In this document: positions 50,361-61,706 of the stretch, piece after piece | Position numbering within the stretch: the first letter of the stretch is position 1 | How the letters are laid out: each line of letters opens with the position of its first letter | Source: Podarcis bocagei | Taxonomy: Eukaryota | Length of the DNA stretch: 64,000 nucleotides | NCBI GenBank assembly: GCA_964188305.1 | Contig: OZ076886.1 | Direction: 5' to 3' (one strand) | Notes under the pieces: generated by a model | Databases searched by the model: none | Told to the model about the DNA's origin: nothing | What the model saw: only the letters and a program-made list of their open reading frames with translations | Position numbers and translations under genes: made by a program

Positions 50361-50721
50361 AAGGTAAAGGTAAAGGTACCCCTGCCCGTACGGGCCAGTC
50401 TTGACAGACTCTAGGGTTGTGCGCCCATCTCACTCTATAGGCCGGGAGCCAGTGCTGTCCGAAGACACTTCCAGGTCACGTGGCCAGCATGACAAGCTGC
50501 ATCTGGCGAGCCAGCGCAGCACACGGAACGCCGTTTACCTTCCCACTGGTAAGCGGTCCCTATTTATCTACTTGCACCCGGGGGTGCTTGCGAACTGCTA
50601 GGTTGGCAGGTGCTGGGACCGAACGGCGGGAGCGCACCCCGCCGCGGGGATTCGAACCGCCGACCATGCGATCGGCAAGTCCTAGGCGCTGAGGTTTTAC
50701 CCACAGCGCCACCCGCATCCC
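50361..50721 (-). mobile_element. Sauria SINE, CpG-rich variant subfamily
   Basis: Perfect TSD CCTTTAACTATA; (AAAGGT)n tail; intact B box. Confidence 0.95.
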
Positions 50722-51318
50722 CCTTTAACTATACAAAAGGCTATATCACTTATGCCCCACACCTGTCGTTCATGCTATGCTTGATGGGATAGATAGAGAG
50801 CTGTGCTTCTAATACTGATCTTAAGGCTCAAGCAGGTTCACGTGGGAGAAGGCAGTTCTTAAAGCTTCCAGTTCATTGGGATCAAAACTAGCACTGAGCT
50901 TGGATACAAATTGATTAACAACTACTGATAACAACCGCCTAGGATCCAATCTTTGTCACCAGTGAAGTATAGGCGAGTTCCAGCATGACCTGAGGCCTAG
51001 CTCAATAGGAACAAGAATGACAAACAGGCACTCGACCCAGTATATATACCTTAAGGCTGCCCAGGCAACCCCTCCCCCGACGCCTGTGATAGGTCGTCTT
51101 TGGCTGCAACTAGCGAATCACAACACTGGCCTATTGCAGCAGGGCTTGGTTGCCTACCAGCAAATACCACTGGAGCGTTTTTAGAATCCTTCGTGTCTTT
51201 TGCTATGCAACTGAAGCTCCTGAGCTCCAGGAGACATCATGGCCTAGGCTTGCAATGGCATGCATGCAGAATGGGTGTGGCCAACACTGCCTGCATACAT
51301 AACACATCATGCTGTATC

Positions 51319-51562
51319 TGTTAAATTGTGGGTGAACATATCAGACGACGCAGCGATTTCTCCAAAGCAGCTCTTTATTTGTAAGCTGGAACAGAACTGA
51401 ACAGCAAACAGTTCAGCTGGCCTGCTATTATAAGCAGCCGGCTGTCAACATTGTAGCAACAACAACCCAGGGTTTCCCACCTAAAGTAACTGACGTGGAC
51501 CTGAGTGAAAACTATATACACGATACTCCTGGTGGCCAGGGTGAGAACTTCAATACATAACA
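51319..51562 (-). mobile_element. Solo LTR (244 bp)
   Basis: TGTTA...TAACA termini; perfect 5-bp TSD GTATC; TTTATT near 51374 and TTATA near 51428 (polyA signal and TATA on the minus strand). Confidence 0.85.
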
Positions 51563-51649
51563 GTATCATTGACACAGTGTGGTTCCTTCTACAGCCCCAG
51601 TGCCTGTTTTTATGCTCTGACAGCCTTACAAGGACACTGCATGGAGTCG

Positions 51650-51788
51650 GCTGGGATGGTTCACTTGGAAAAGCATGAGAGTCTTACTCTCAGAGTCATG
51701 GGTTCAAGCCCTCTTGCATTGCAAGAGGATGGACTAGATAGACGACCCCTGTGGTCCCTTTCAACTCTAAAAGCCGATGATTCCATGA
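51650..51788 (+). mobile_element. Degenerate tRNA-Lys-headed, CR1-tailed SINE
   Basis: Homologous to 52823-52944. Confidence 0.7.
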
Positions 51789-52714
51789 AAAGGGAGCTGC
51801 CTCCATTGCTTATATGGGTGGCAGTTATCTTTTTCTGTATTCAGTTCTCAGGAACGGTCTGCGCATTATGATGAACAACTACTTCCTGGGACCATTTTGA
51901 ATCATATTTATTTTTTATTTTTACAGAGCAGCTATTACCTTCCCTAAGCATCTGAAAAAAGAACAAAGGTAGCCCTTGGATCACCTCATAAATACATTCA
52001 TTTGTTTATGAAACTGAGTGAATTTTTAAGCACCCCCCCCAAAAAAAACCCTGCCCAAAACAGAGCCAATTTTGCAAACAATCTGCAAGCAGGACAGAAA
52101 TAGGTAGATACAACCATCTCTAACTTCATTATTGTGTTTCTGGGTATATGAACAATTCATAGGTCCCTACTTTACTAGTGCCTCATAATATTTTCAAGCC
52201 TGCCAGATTTTTCTTCTGGTAAATAATGCATTTGTGGTATTTAAACACACACACAGAATCCAAATAATACTAAAGGTTTAATAGGGTAAATGCCAGCAAA
52301 GGTCTGTCAGACAGAATGGAGGAGAAATCTGAGAAAGGTAAACTCCCCTATTGATCTGTCTGGGCACAATTCTCCTTCCATCTGAAACGGAAGGGAGGGG
52401 GGATGCAGTTCTTTTGAAAATGCCCTGAAATGTTCAGAGGTCTTGGTTTTTATAGGGCTGGCAAAAATGAATTTAGGAAGATGTTTCAGCAGCGGCCCAA
52501 TACCACTGCTGCACAAATAATTTTTTAAAAATGGAGTACTTTGCAATAGATTTCCAATAAAAGGGGCAGATGTTTCCTGCCCCACAGCCTGTTTTTTCTG
52601 CAGCCTTGATTGCCTGTTTAGCTCTTGTAGATCGGATGTAGTGCTTTAAAAAAAGAATATAAGTGTCAAAGGGAAATTGGCTGAGCCTTTCACTTCTAGC
52701 AGTTCAGCTATGTG

Positions 52715-52716
<2 letters not shown>

Positions 52717-52760
<44 letters not shown>
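52717..52760. repeat. (GT)n microsatellite
   Basis: Seen directly. Confidence 0.97.
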
Positions 52761-52765
<5 letters not shown>

Positions 52766-52822
52766 CGAAACAGGGAAATAGATTTCGGTTTCTGCTCCTC
52801 TCCTTGAATTCACCTTGGGCAA

Positions 52823-52944
52823 GCAGGGATAGCTCAGTTGGTAGAGCATGAGACTCTTAATCTCAGGGTCATGGGTTCTTGCAGGGGGTTAGACTAGATG
52901 ACCCTTGTGGTCCCTTCCAACTCTACAATTCTATGAGTCTATGA
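52823..52944 (+). mobile_element. tRNA-Lys(CTT)-headed SINE with CR1-type tail
   Basis: GATAGCTCAGTTGGTAGAGCATGAGACTCTTAATCTCAGGGTC head; tail GGTCCCTTCCAACTCTACAATTCTATGAGTCTATGA. Confidence 0.85.
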
Positions 52945-53749
52945 CTACATGACCCATTCGGAAGGCAAAGCAAAGAAAAAAGATCCCAGGGTGCCTTTGT
53001 AAATATTTTCATTCCTTCACACTGTATTCCTTAATATGTGTTAAAAGCTAAACTGTTATGATGCACATGACCGTGTTTTCAGGCAGCACAATAAAGTCTT
53101 CTGTTTTGTTTGCTGATTCTGAACTCCGCAGCACAGTGTACTTGCATCATTGTATATTGTTGTGGTTTTCAGTTATACTGCGAATCTGGTTTTATGTCTC
53201 TCTCTGCTGGGAATTTTTATGATGCCATTTTTAAATGATAGTTTAAATATTTATCTTTATTATTTTATGTTTGTGAGACGCCCAGAGATATATGTTATTG
53301 AGAGGCCAGTATAAATAAATACCAAACATACACAAAAGGCCTCAGATCTATGCAATCTAGCAGCTCCGATGCAGTTTATCTGAAGTACAGTGCAATCTCG
53401 TGCTTGTTTACTTAGACACACTCTGTTCGGCAAGGGTTACTCCCTAGCAAGTGTGTTTTGGATTGCAGCCTTAATGAGCAAAAGAGCTGAGGCTTTGCTT
53501 TATCCTTATTTTAAAATAAAAAGGTCAGCTGTGGACAGCTTTTTTTTTTTAAAAAAAAGTATAGATGCTGCTGAAGTTTGTCATTTCTAGGTTTGGATGA
53601 TAGATTATGACAACTCCTAATAATTACCTCAGAGTGAGCAATGCAGCCCCATCTATTCCCTGGAATCTGAAGTCACGAAAAGGTTCAAATCACCATTTTA
53701 TTTTATTTGGCAGGCGGGGGGTGGGGGTGGAGAGGCATAATTACTAGAG

Positions 53750-54180
53750 TTTAGTTTAGTAGACTAGATTTGTTCAACGCGTCCAAAAGGAGTCTTGAAG
53801 TGACTCACAGAAATAAAGTAAAAACTCAGAAATGCGGTTTATAACATAGTATAACAAGTATACTAAAAGCATGCAACCACAAAGATAACCAAACATGCCC
53901 AACACACACACACACAAACACAACAGTACTAGGAGCCAAACGGTTAATGCAGTCCAAATACATATTTGCCTGGCACTAAAAGGATGACAATGTCAGTGCC
54001 AGGCAAGCTTCCCTGGGTGGAGCATTCCACAAGCTGGGCTCTACCACAAAGGGGCTTTTGTCTTCTTACCACCTCCAAATGTCTCTAGGAGGCAGAGAAG
54101 GGTGTCAGATGTTGATCTCAGGGTCCAAGCAGATTCATGTAAAGAAAGGCAATCGTTGGGGTATTAGGCTTTAAGCTATG
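53750..54180 (-). mobile_element. Degenerate L2 3' fragment
   Basis: TTTGCCTGGCACTAAAAG...GGAGCATTCCACAAGCTGGG, similar to the other L2 ends. Confidence 0.55.
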
Positions 54181-54399
54181 TATGCGAATTGATGCTTACT
54201 TTTAAATTCCCGCATGTAGGCCCTTTTTTCCCCAACTGGAACTCACCAGAACTCAGTTCCGGCACCTCTCAGGTGAACACTGAGAGGCCGCAACAGCACT
54301 TTCCCTCCTGGTGCCATTGGGCCCACCCTCACTTAAATAAAGAGCACCCACCTCACAGAACACCACTTCCACGAATTCCCACAAACTACCCCAGATTAT

Positions 54400-55307
54400 C
54401 TTGTTGGAGAAGTGAAGTGACATCAGGAATATTGAGTGCCCTTGCGCCGTCAATGCTGCAGTCCTACCTCAGAGCTTGGTCGCATTTTGAGCGATTCAGA
54501 GCTAAGTTTGGTCCACAACATAGATGCACAGCCAGGGAGTCTGACGTCCTGAAATACTTCGTCTATTTGAAACAGAGAGGCCTGGCCCTCAGTCTACACA
54601 AGGCCACAATTTCCTATTTTAGTAATTGTTTGTGGCACCCTGACCCTTGTAACACGTTCCACGTAAGGAAACTAATTGCAGGCTGGCATCGCACACATCC
54701 TCCTACTCCAGATAAGAGAAAGCCAATCACCATTGAAACCCTCCAATTGATATGGGACATGCTCCCCAGTATTTGTTGGTCCAGCTATGAAGTCAGGCTC
54801 TTTCGAGCCCCCTTCTCTCTGGCCTTTTTTTGGTACGCTCCGGATTAGAGAGTGCGTTAGTGGCACACTGTCACCCCATCATAGGGGGCTGATGTCAGTT
54901 TCTGCAACCGCAGGGTGCACATCAGAATACGCGCCTCAAAAACCAACCAGCTAGGCAGGGGTACCATCCTTATGTTAGCACCCTCCTCTCAAATTGGTCC
55001 CTGCCCTGTCTCTGATACACGCAAATTCCTGAACGTGCGTCCACCTGGGCTGGGCCCTCTCCTGATTCATGCAACGGGTCGCCCTAGAACCCATTGCCAA
55101 TTCATTGCAGTGTTGCAGAACGCCATTCATGCTTGTGGAGGCAATCTGACATAATTCTCTGGTCATTCCTTCCGTATTGGTGCAGCAACCACAGCAGCTG
55201 CCAGTGGGCTCACTGCAGAGCACATAAAAGCAATGGGGCGGCGGTGCTCAGCCGCCTTTAAGGGCTATATTAGGCACAATCAACAGGCACTGACAAATAC
55301 TGTATAA
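54400..55307 (+). pseudogene. Tyrosine recombinase of the Ngaro element (disrupted)
   Basis: ALAPSMLQSY...PDPC...RKPIT...AFF/GTLRI.E, ASKTNQLGRG, CPV, stop at 55152, then GHSFRIGAAT...MGRR.S.AFKGYIR. Confidence 0.92.
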
Positions 55308-55319
55308 TTTTTTTTCCAG

Positions 55320-55903
55320 GCCTGACTCCCAAACATGTGTGGATCTTCAGCCACAGCATAGTGCATTGGGCAGCTGTCCATGCCACCACGGGTTCATCTG
55401 GCAAACATCAGGGCCTTCAGCCGAAGGTCACCATTTCCTGGTTTGGCCATCGTGGAATGTGCTCGGATGCACCTTGGTTGCGTCAAGAGCTTGCGTTCCG
55501 TCCCCCGCCAGATGCGGTTGTGTTCCACCTTGGCGAAAATAACTTGGTTGTTTGTAAGAGCAGAGTGCTGATGAAAACAGCAATCACAGACTTGGAAAGC
55601 TTACATGCCATGCACCCTAACATAACTATTTTCTGGTCAGAACTCCTCCCACTCTTACAATGGCGTGACAACCTCAAACCCACCAGACTTAACTACACTA
55701 TCGAAAAAATAAATAGGGCACTGCGCTCGGCAACCTCGTGCATCGGGGGTCGCGTTGTGAAGCATCCCAGCATCAAAATCTACCAGGAGGAACTCTTCAG
55801 GCCTGACGGAGTACACCTCTCAGCCATTAGTAATGATTATTGGCTGAGCGACCTTAGGCATGCCCTTTTGGAATGGATGGCGAATGGCGAAGGGTCTGTT
55901 TAG
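55320..55903 (+). CDS. SGNH/GDSL-family hydrolase ORF of the Ngaro element (open, no ATG start)
   Basis: Blocks VWIFSHSIVHWA (S), GHRGM (G), PDAVVFHLGENNL (N), DGVHLS (H); preceded by a 3' splice-site-like sequence. Confidence 0.8.
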
Positions 55904-57223
55904 GTGTAGGTAGTCTTGGAGGCAAGACATCAATTTTGCAGCCTCGGGTGGTGGTTTCAGGCCTTGGGCGGAATCCTTTAGTCTATCTTCCTAAATGGGG
56001 GGGGGGCATGAAGCGGTGACCCACGCTCCCCTTGTGGCAGTGATCTCAGGGTTCCCCGTTAAAGTGTTCTTGAGGGGAGGCATTGGCCATACGCCGAGAG
56101 GTTGTCATTGCTCTCCCCTCCAACAGTGGGGAAACAGGGGGCAGGCTCTCTGCTTGAACATATGTTCTCCAGAGCCAGCCCAATCCCCACACATTCTGGA
56201 TAACCCTGATGTCTCCCAGGTCTCCCAGGCTGGGTACTGGGAAGGATAAACACCCAATGCCTGAGCCAAGGTCTCCGTACATCTGAAATATAATAAAGTT
56301 GTGGCCAATTTTAATCCCATAGCATGTTGTCTTGAGTCATTATTCCGCTCAGGGGTCGCCTGGGGGGTGGGGGGACTCTGCCTGTCCACGCAATAAGCTA
56401 CTCCTACTTCAAAGGAAATAGTTCTGTTCATTCCAAGTAAATTTGAGGTAAACAAGGAGGAAAGGGCGGAATCACCATTAGGAAATTTCAGTGAAGATGA
56501 AATCTGTCAATGTATAGTCAAATCTGGAGTGTAGGGTTCAAAATAAAAATAAAAGTGAAAGGCTGTTTTCCCTGTCTAGAGTTCAACAAGCACAGCATTT
56601 TCTGTTGGGGGCAAAAGGGTGACAGGCCTAGAGAATAAGTAGCGGACCACCATATTTAATTGTTTCAAAGTCTAAAAATAAACATGAGCAAACATCAAGG
56701 GAGTTTAAAATGTTTGTTAAGAAATTCAGGGCAACAAGTGGCATGCCATATAATCTCTGGTTACATTCTACTCTTCAGAGCATAATGCCCCATTGTAAGA
56801 ATAGTACAATGTGCTGCGATTCCCTTACAATGGGAGTGTTGTACAACTGTCAGTGAATATTCAGAAGTGTGTGGTTGGTTATCACATAGACATAACAAAT
56901 ATTCATACATATTTATTTAAATGTCCAGTCTGACTTTCCAGAGGGAACAAACACACACACGTAAGAATGTACAGTATGGGCTAGGAGCAGCGACTGTCTT
57001 CAAAGTCTCAGGCAAAAAGGGTTCTCATCCCTGCAATTTGGGATTCGTTTTTAGTGGAGTTGGTAGAGACTGAACCTGGGGATTTTCCACATGTGAAGAA
57101 GAAACACATCAAACGAACCACGGCCTTTTCCCATTATGTAAAATCTAAAATATTATTTTATATCATTTAAAATCAGGCTAAAATAAAAGATGTGCTTAAA
57201 ACCCAGGCACTTACTTAACTCTA

Positions 57224-57519
57224 GGGCTTGCCCACGCTTACTGTTGGCCTTGCTCTTTCCCCACTCTTTCCAGTCACAGGTCCATGCTTTAAAGCTGCAT
57301 GTCTGAGCATCCTTTTTCTGGAGGTTTCCCTGTGAAAACCTGCTCTTTAGTGTTCAATCGGAGCAAACGTCAATTTGGGATTTCTGCAGATTGCCGATTG
57401 AGCTTTAAAGAGCGGGTTTTCATGGGGAAAGTTCTGGAGCAAAAAAGAGGGAGCTGGATACGGAGCTTTAAAGCGTGGACTGTGCCTGGAAAGTGTGGAG
57501 GAAAGTGGGGATAAATCCC
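57224..57519. mobile_element. Palindromic Harbinger-like MITE
   Basis: Arms CTTTCCAGTCACAGGTCCATGCTTTAAAGCT / AGCTTTAAAGCGTGGACTGTGCCTGGAAAG; TAG flanks. Confidence 0.65.
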
Positions 57520-59589
57520 TAGTACTGAGAACCAGCCAAAATAGAAGTTCTAGCACCATTTTATGGGGACAATGGATGCATTCCCTTTGCATTGTATGAA
57601 TATGGGGATGAGGATCCCACACTCATCTATTGGATTTCTCTTTTCTCTGCAGTGAATAGCTTGCGGGGGGGGGGGGATCTGACAGCAGCAATGCTGAGAC
57701 ATAAGTATTATGTTTCCCGTGTGCGCAGGATAGCTATAGCAACCCTCGTTTCAAATATCTCTTCTCAATTGTTCTGTTGATGGACAGTGGTACATCAGAG
57801 TATGCAAGCCTCTCCCAATGCCTTTGACACTCCCCCAGCGGCCAGTGCCACGAGAGGGAAACAAACACAATCCTAATAACTTTACATTGGTGTGGATAAC
57901 TGGCAGGGGGTGGGAGGAAAGGCAAAGGTCGTGTTGCCAAAGTCACATTCATTTCATGTTGCGAGTCAGCCCTTTCTGTTGACACAATGGTTAAGCAGCT
58001 TGGAGATTAACTGTTTGCTCTGTCCCAAGGAGATGATCTCATCGGAGATAGATTTTGCTATTGTTCCTCCGAGGGATTGACTTCTTTCAAACAGGGAGCT
58101 TCAATGCGGCTTGTGCAGCAGAGATAGGCAGTACAAAGCAGGCCCCTGGCAGTTCAAACAGAGCTGGGAATGCTCAAGGCTTTCAAGCACAACGCTGTAT
58201 GTTTTGGCCGGTGGCCAGATGCATGGAGAGTGTGCAGAATCGCTTGAGAGGAGGAAGGAGGGCAGAGAAAAACCATATGCCTTCAAAACGTCCAGCGTAA
58301 AATGTGACGGTGTCTAGAGCTCAGATAAGCAAGGTGGACAGCAAATAAGACTGACGGTTCCTTCAGTGGAGCGAATCTTCTTTTAATGTAAGGACCAAAA
58401 CCTGGCACCATGGGCCCTTTCTTTTTGCTACACATGGGCCACTAGGGCAGGACCATGAGTAGCCAGTAGGCAACACATTCTACCTGCAGAAATGGGCAGA
58501 AGACCTGGGTGCAGCTGCTTGGTCCTCTGTTATCTTGCATCCACGGTATCTAACTGTGTAGCTGCCTATAAGCAGTGCTGCACTTGGGTAACTTTAGACT
58601 CTGGATTTAATAATCTTTTGGGAGAGGGCTCTTCAAATAGTAATGAGCATTATTTCAACGTGGCTAAGCCAGGCATTCTATGTTTGGGGGCCCTGTTGCT
58701 CCTTCTGCTGTGTGGGCCCTGGACAACTGACTGCAAGTTCTCCCTTGAAGGCCCCACTGCCTGTCAGGCATGCCTCTGCCTCTCTCACATGCAAACAAAC
58801 ACACCATATACCCTGGCATAGCAATATTGGTGGGCTTGGAGAAAGTAAAGGATGCCCACCTTTGAAATATGACTAAGAACAGCCAAAGAAAGCAGAATTA
58901 AGCTAGGACAAGGGGGAGCGGAGCAAAGAATCAGGGTCTCCACACTGCTTGTGTCAAAGGTGACAATGAGCTTTAGATGTCCTTGTACCAGAAATGCCTT
59001 TGCTGTGTGTGTTGTGCTTACTTGTGCTCCCCTCCACACGCAGGCCAAAGAACTGAGAGGCAGGAAGCATTTCACACAGTAAAATCCCCCCCCCCCGGCT
59101 TTCCTTCTCATTCTCTTACTAAGTCCTCACATGCACACCCGTAACCGAGCAACAGAGGATGGGGCACAGGGTGAGGTGTGAGGAGGAAGAGTAAGTTACT
59201 TCATTTATTTATTTGTTTGTTTATTAAAAGGGATCCTGGTGCCAGCAGGTGGAGCAGGAAGGAACCGGTTGAGATGCTATCTGATGCCCAGTGTTCCTTA
59301 AAGGACTCTTTGGCAGAGCAGGCTGTGGAAAACACATAATGGAGCACATTCTCTCCTTGATGCTCTGTGTAGTGACTGATACGTTGGTGCGCTAATTCCT
59401 GGCCCCCTTCTAAACAGAAGCCCTTCAGTTCAAAGTGTTCGAGGGAACTCTATAGCCATCTCATCTGCTACATCGATGCCAGCTAGTATCATAATTGCCC
59501 CGCTCCCTGCAATGGAAAAATAGTTCTGCAGATTTCACTCTACCTTTTCTTTAGGCTTCAATACAATTTTCCCCTTTTATTGCTGTTGT

Positions 59590-59949
59590 CAGGAGGTCCC
59601 GCTGGGTGCGCGAGGCTTGGGGCGGCAGCGGACTGCTTGCGCGCACCTAGAAGCTTGGGGCGGGCTGAGCTCAGCTGGCCCCAAGCTTCTAGGTACGCGC
59701 AAGCAGTCCGCTGCCGCCCCAAGCCTCGCGCACCCGGCGGGACCTCCTGCCGGGTGCGGGAGGCTTGGGGCGGCAGCGGACTGCTTGCCGGCACGCAGAA
59801 GCTTGGGGCGCACTGACCTCAGCTTGCCCCAAGCTTCTGGATTAGCGCAGCGCACCTGGGGGGGAAATAAATTTTTTTTCCTTTATTTCCCCCCCTAAAA
59901 TCTAGGTGCGTCTTATGGGCCGGTGCGTCTTATGGGGCGAAAAATACGG
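59590..59949 (+). mobile_element. Right half of a Tc2-like (Tc1/mariner superfamily) MITE
   Basis: Ends GTGCGTCTTATGGGGCGAAAAATACGG|TA; GC-rich palindromic interior shared with 61210-61706; only one TIR. Confidence 0.85.
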
Positions 59950-61048
59950 TATTCAACTTCTGCAGCAAGGCTACTTGTTTCGTATTTTAGTGGATAAGTG
60001 CACAAAATGTTATGTCAAGTGAACTTCTGTTAAGGATTTACCTTTAGAGATCACTGACAATGGGGCCTTTGAAGTCCATTATAAATCTGTGCTTCTATGA
60101 TACTTTTATTCTACCCACAGACTGAATTCACAAATGCATCTCTAACCCTTGATGATGACAACATCACATCACCTAAAATACGACTGAGACAATTCCACAG
60201 TCCTAGTGAAGAGGCATTGGGTGATCTGATGTCCAAGAATGCCTGTGTGAATCAATCCTGCTTTTCAGCAAAATATTATCTGGTCAGGCTCAGTAGAGCT
60301 ATAACAAAACAGATTTGCAAGCTATGCTCCTATTTTTGGCCTCTGACTAATCTGCGGGTTCTGAAATTTCTCTCTGCAGTGTTTTGCCTCAGCACTTGCC
60401 TTGCTTCGTGTCCTAGTGATTTGAGGCACAATGACGTCACAGGACTTGGCCATGAGATAGAAAGCATCAAATCAGAATTTGTACTTTGGCACAGGCTGTT
60501 CAATCATTTCATTCAGCAAATTTGTCTGGTACGTTTGGACATTTTGATGAGTAAACACCCATGAGGCCGTTGTTGACAAAGCTAAAAAAACACACCAGAA
60601 AAGAGCTCCATTTTTGGAATGGAGCCATTTAAATTAGCTAAACTAAACAGACATGAACTTTTGTGAATACATTTAATTAATCTGTAATGCTCAGATGCTA
60701 TATTACTAACAGATGCACTTGACTAGGCAGAAGATAACCATATCCTAAAGCAAAGATACCTGCAAAATACAGCAGGCTAAGATATATGTTATAAAAATGG
60801 AAGCATATGCTAAAGAACTCTCTGGCCCATAACACTGAGATTCAAAATGTTATGACAGAACGTATCACAAATTTCAGGGGTGCGTGGGTGGGTGTCTGTT
60901 GTGGGTGTTTGATAAAGGAAACAGAAAAGAAAGAAAGAAGCAGAGCACCCAAAAATGCAGATAGCATGCATTCTTAGACATTTCATAAATAGAGGGCCAC
61001 CTTATTATTGACTGAATGGTTGTTTTCTGCTTTAATATAGTCAACAGC

Positions 61049-61168
61049 TGTCAGAGCTGCTTCAAGATCCTAGCTCACAGAGGATCACGCTAGCCAGCGG
61101 TCATTAAGTAAAAGTCTTTATTGAGTTACAGTTTCCATTCCCAAGCTACTGCGTGCAACTCTACGTCT
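61049..61168 (-). mobile_element. Truncated solo-LTR fragment
   Basis: ACAGC|TGTCA terminus; TTTATT near 61117; matching terminus and TSD (GCTGT|TGTCA) found inverted at 59582-59591. Confidence 0.6.
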
Positions 61169-61209
61169 AATACAGCAGGCTAAGATATATGTTATAAAAA
61201 TGGAAGCAA

Positions 61210-61706
61210 GAGGTCCGACCGGGTGCGCGAGGCTTGGGGCGGCAGCCTGTCGCCCGAAGCACGGGGAGCCCTCTGGAGGGCTCCCCCTGCTTCGGGCGAG
61301 TGTCTGCAAGCCTCGCGCACCCGGCAGGAGGTCCCGCTGGGTGCGCGAGGCTTGGGGCGGCAGCGGACTGCTTGCGCGCACCTAGAAGCTTGGGGCGGGC
61401 TGAGCTCAGCTGGCCCCAAGCTTCTAGGTGCGCGCAAGCACTCCGCTGCCGCCCCAAGCCTCGCGCACCCAGCGCGACCTCCTGCCGGGTGCGCAAGGCT
61501 TGCAGACACTCGCCCGAAGCAGGGGGAGCCCTCCAGAGGGCTCCCCGTGCTTCGGGCGACAGGCTGCCGCCCCAAGCCTCGCGCACCCGGTCGGACCTCC
61601 TGCCGGGCGCGCAAGGCTTGCAGGCATTCGCCCCATAAGACGCACCCCGATTTCCCCTTCATTTTTGGAGGGGAAAAAGTGCGTCTTATGGGGCGAAAAA
61701 TACGGT
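61210..61706 (-). mobile_element. Left half of the same Tc2-like MITE, inverted relative to the right half
   Basis: TIR ...GGGGCGAAAAATACGG|TA at about 61680-61708; subterminal inverted copy TTCGCCCCATAAGACGCAC at 61628; nested palindromes. Confidence 0.85.

Larger units (their letters stand above)
54340..56355 (+). mobile_element. 5'-truncated Ngaro-type tyrosine-recombinase retrotransposon (DIRS order)
   Basis: YR ORF followed by SGNH hydrolase ORF, then non-coding tail with AATAAAGTTGTGGCC near 56292; boundaries approximate. Confidence 0.85.

Noticed and set aside
52823-52880. Functional tRNA-Lys gene
   Set aside because: T-arm and acceptor 3' half are missing and it continues into a CR1 tail, so it is a SINE head
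60097-60564. 155-aa ATG ORF with acceptor-like CCCACAG at 60120
   Set aside because: No recognisable homology; lies within the inverted segment; no supporting neighbouring exons
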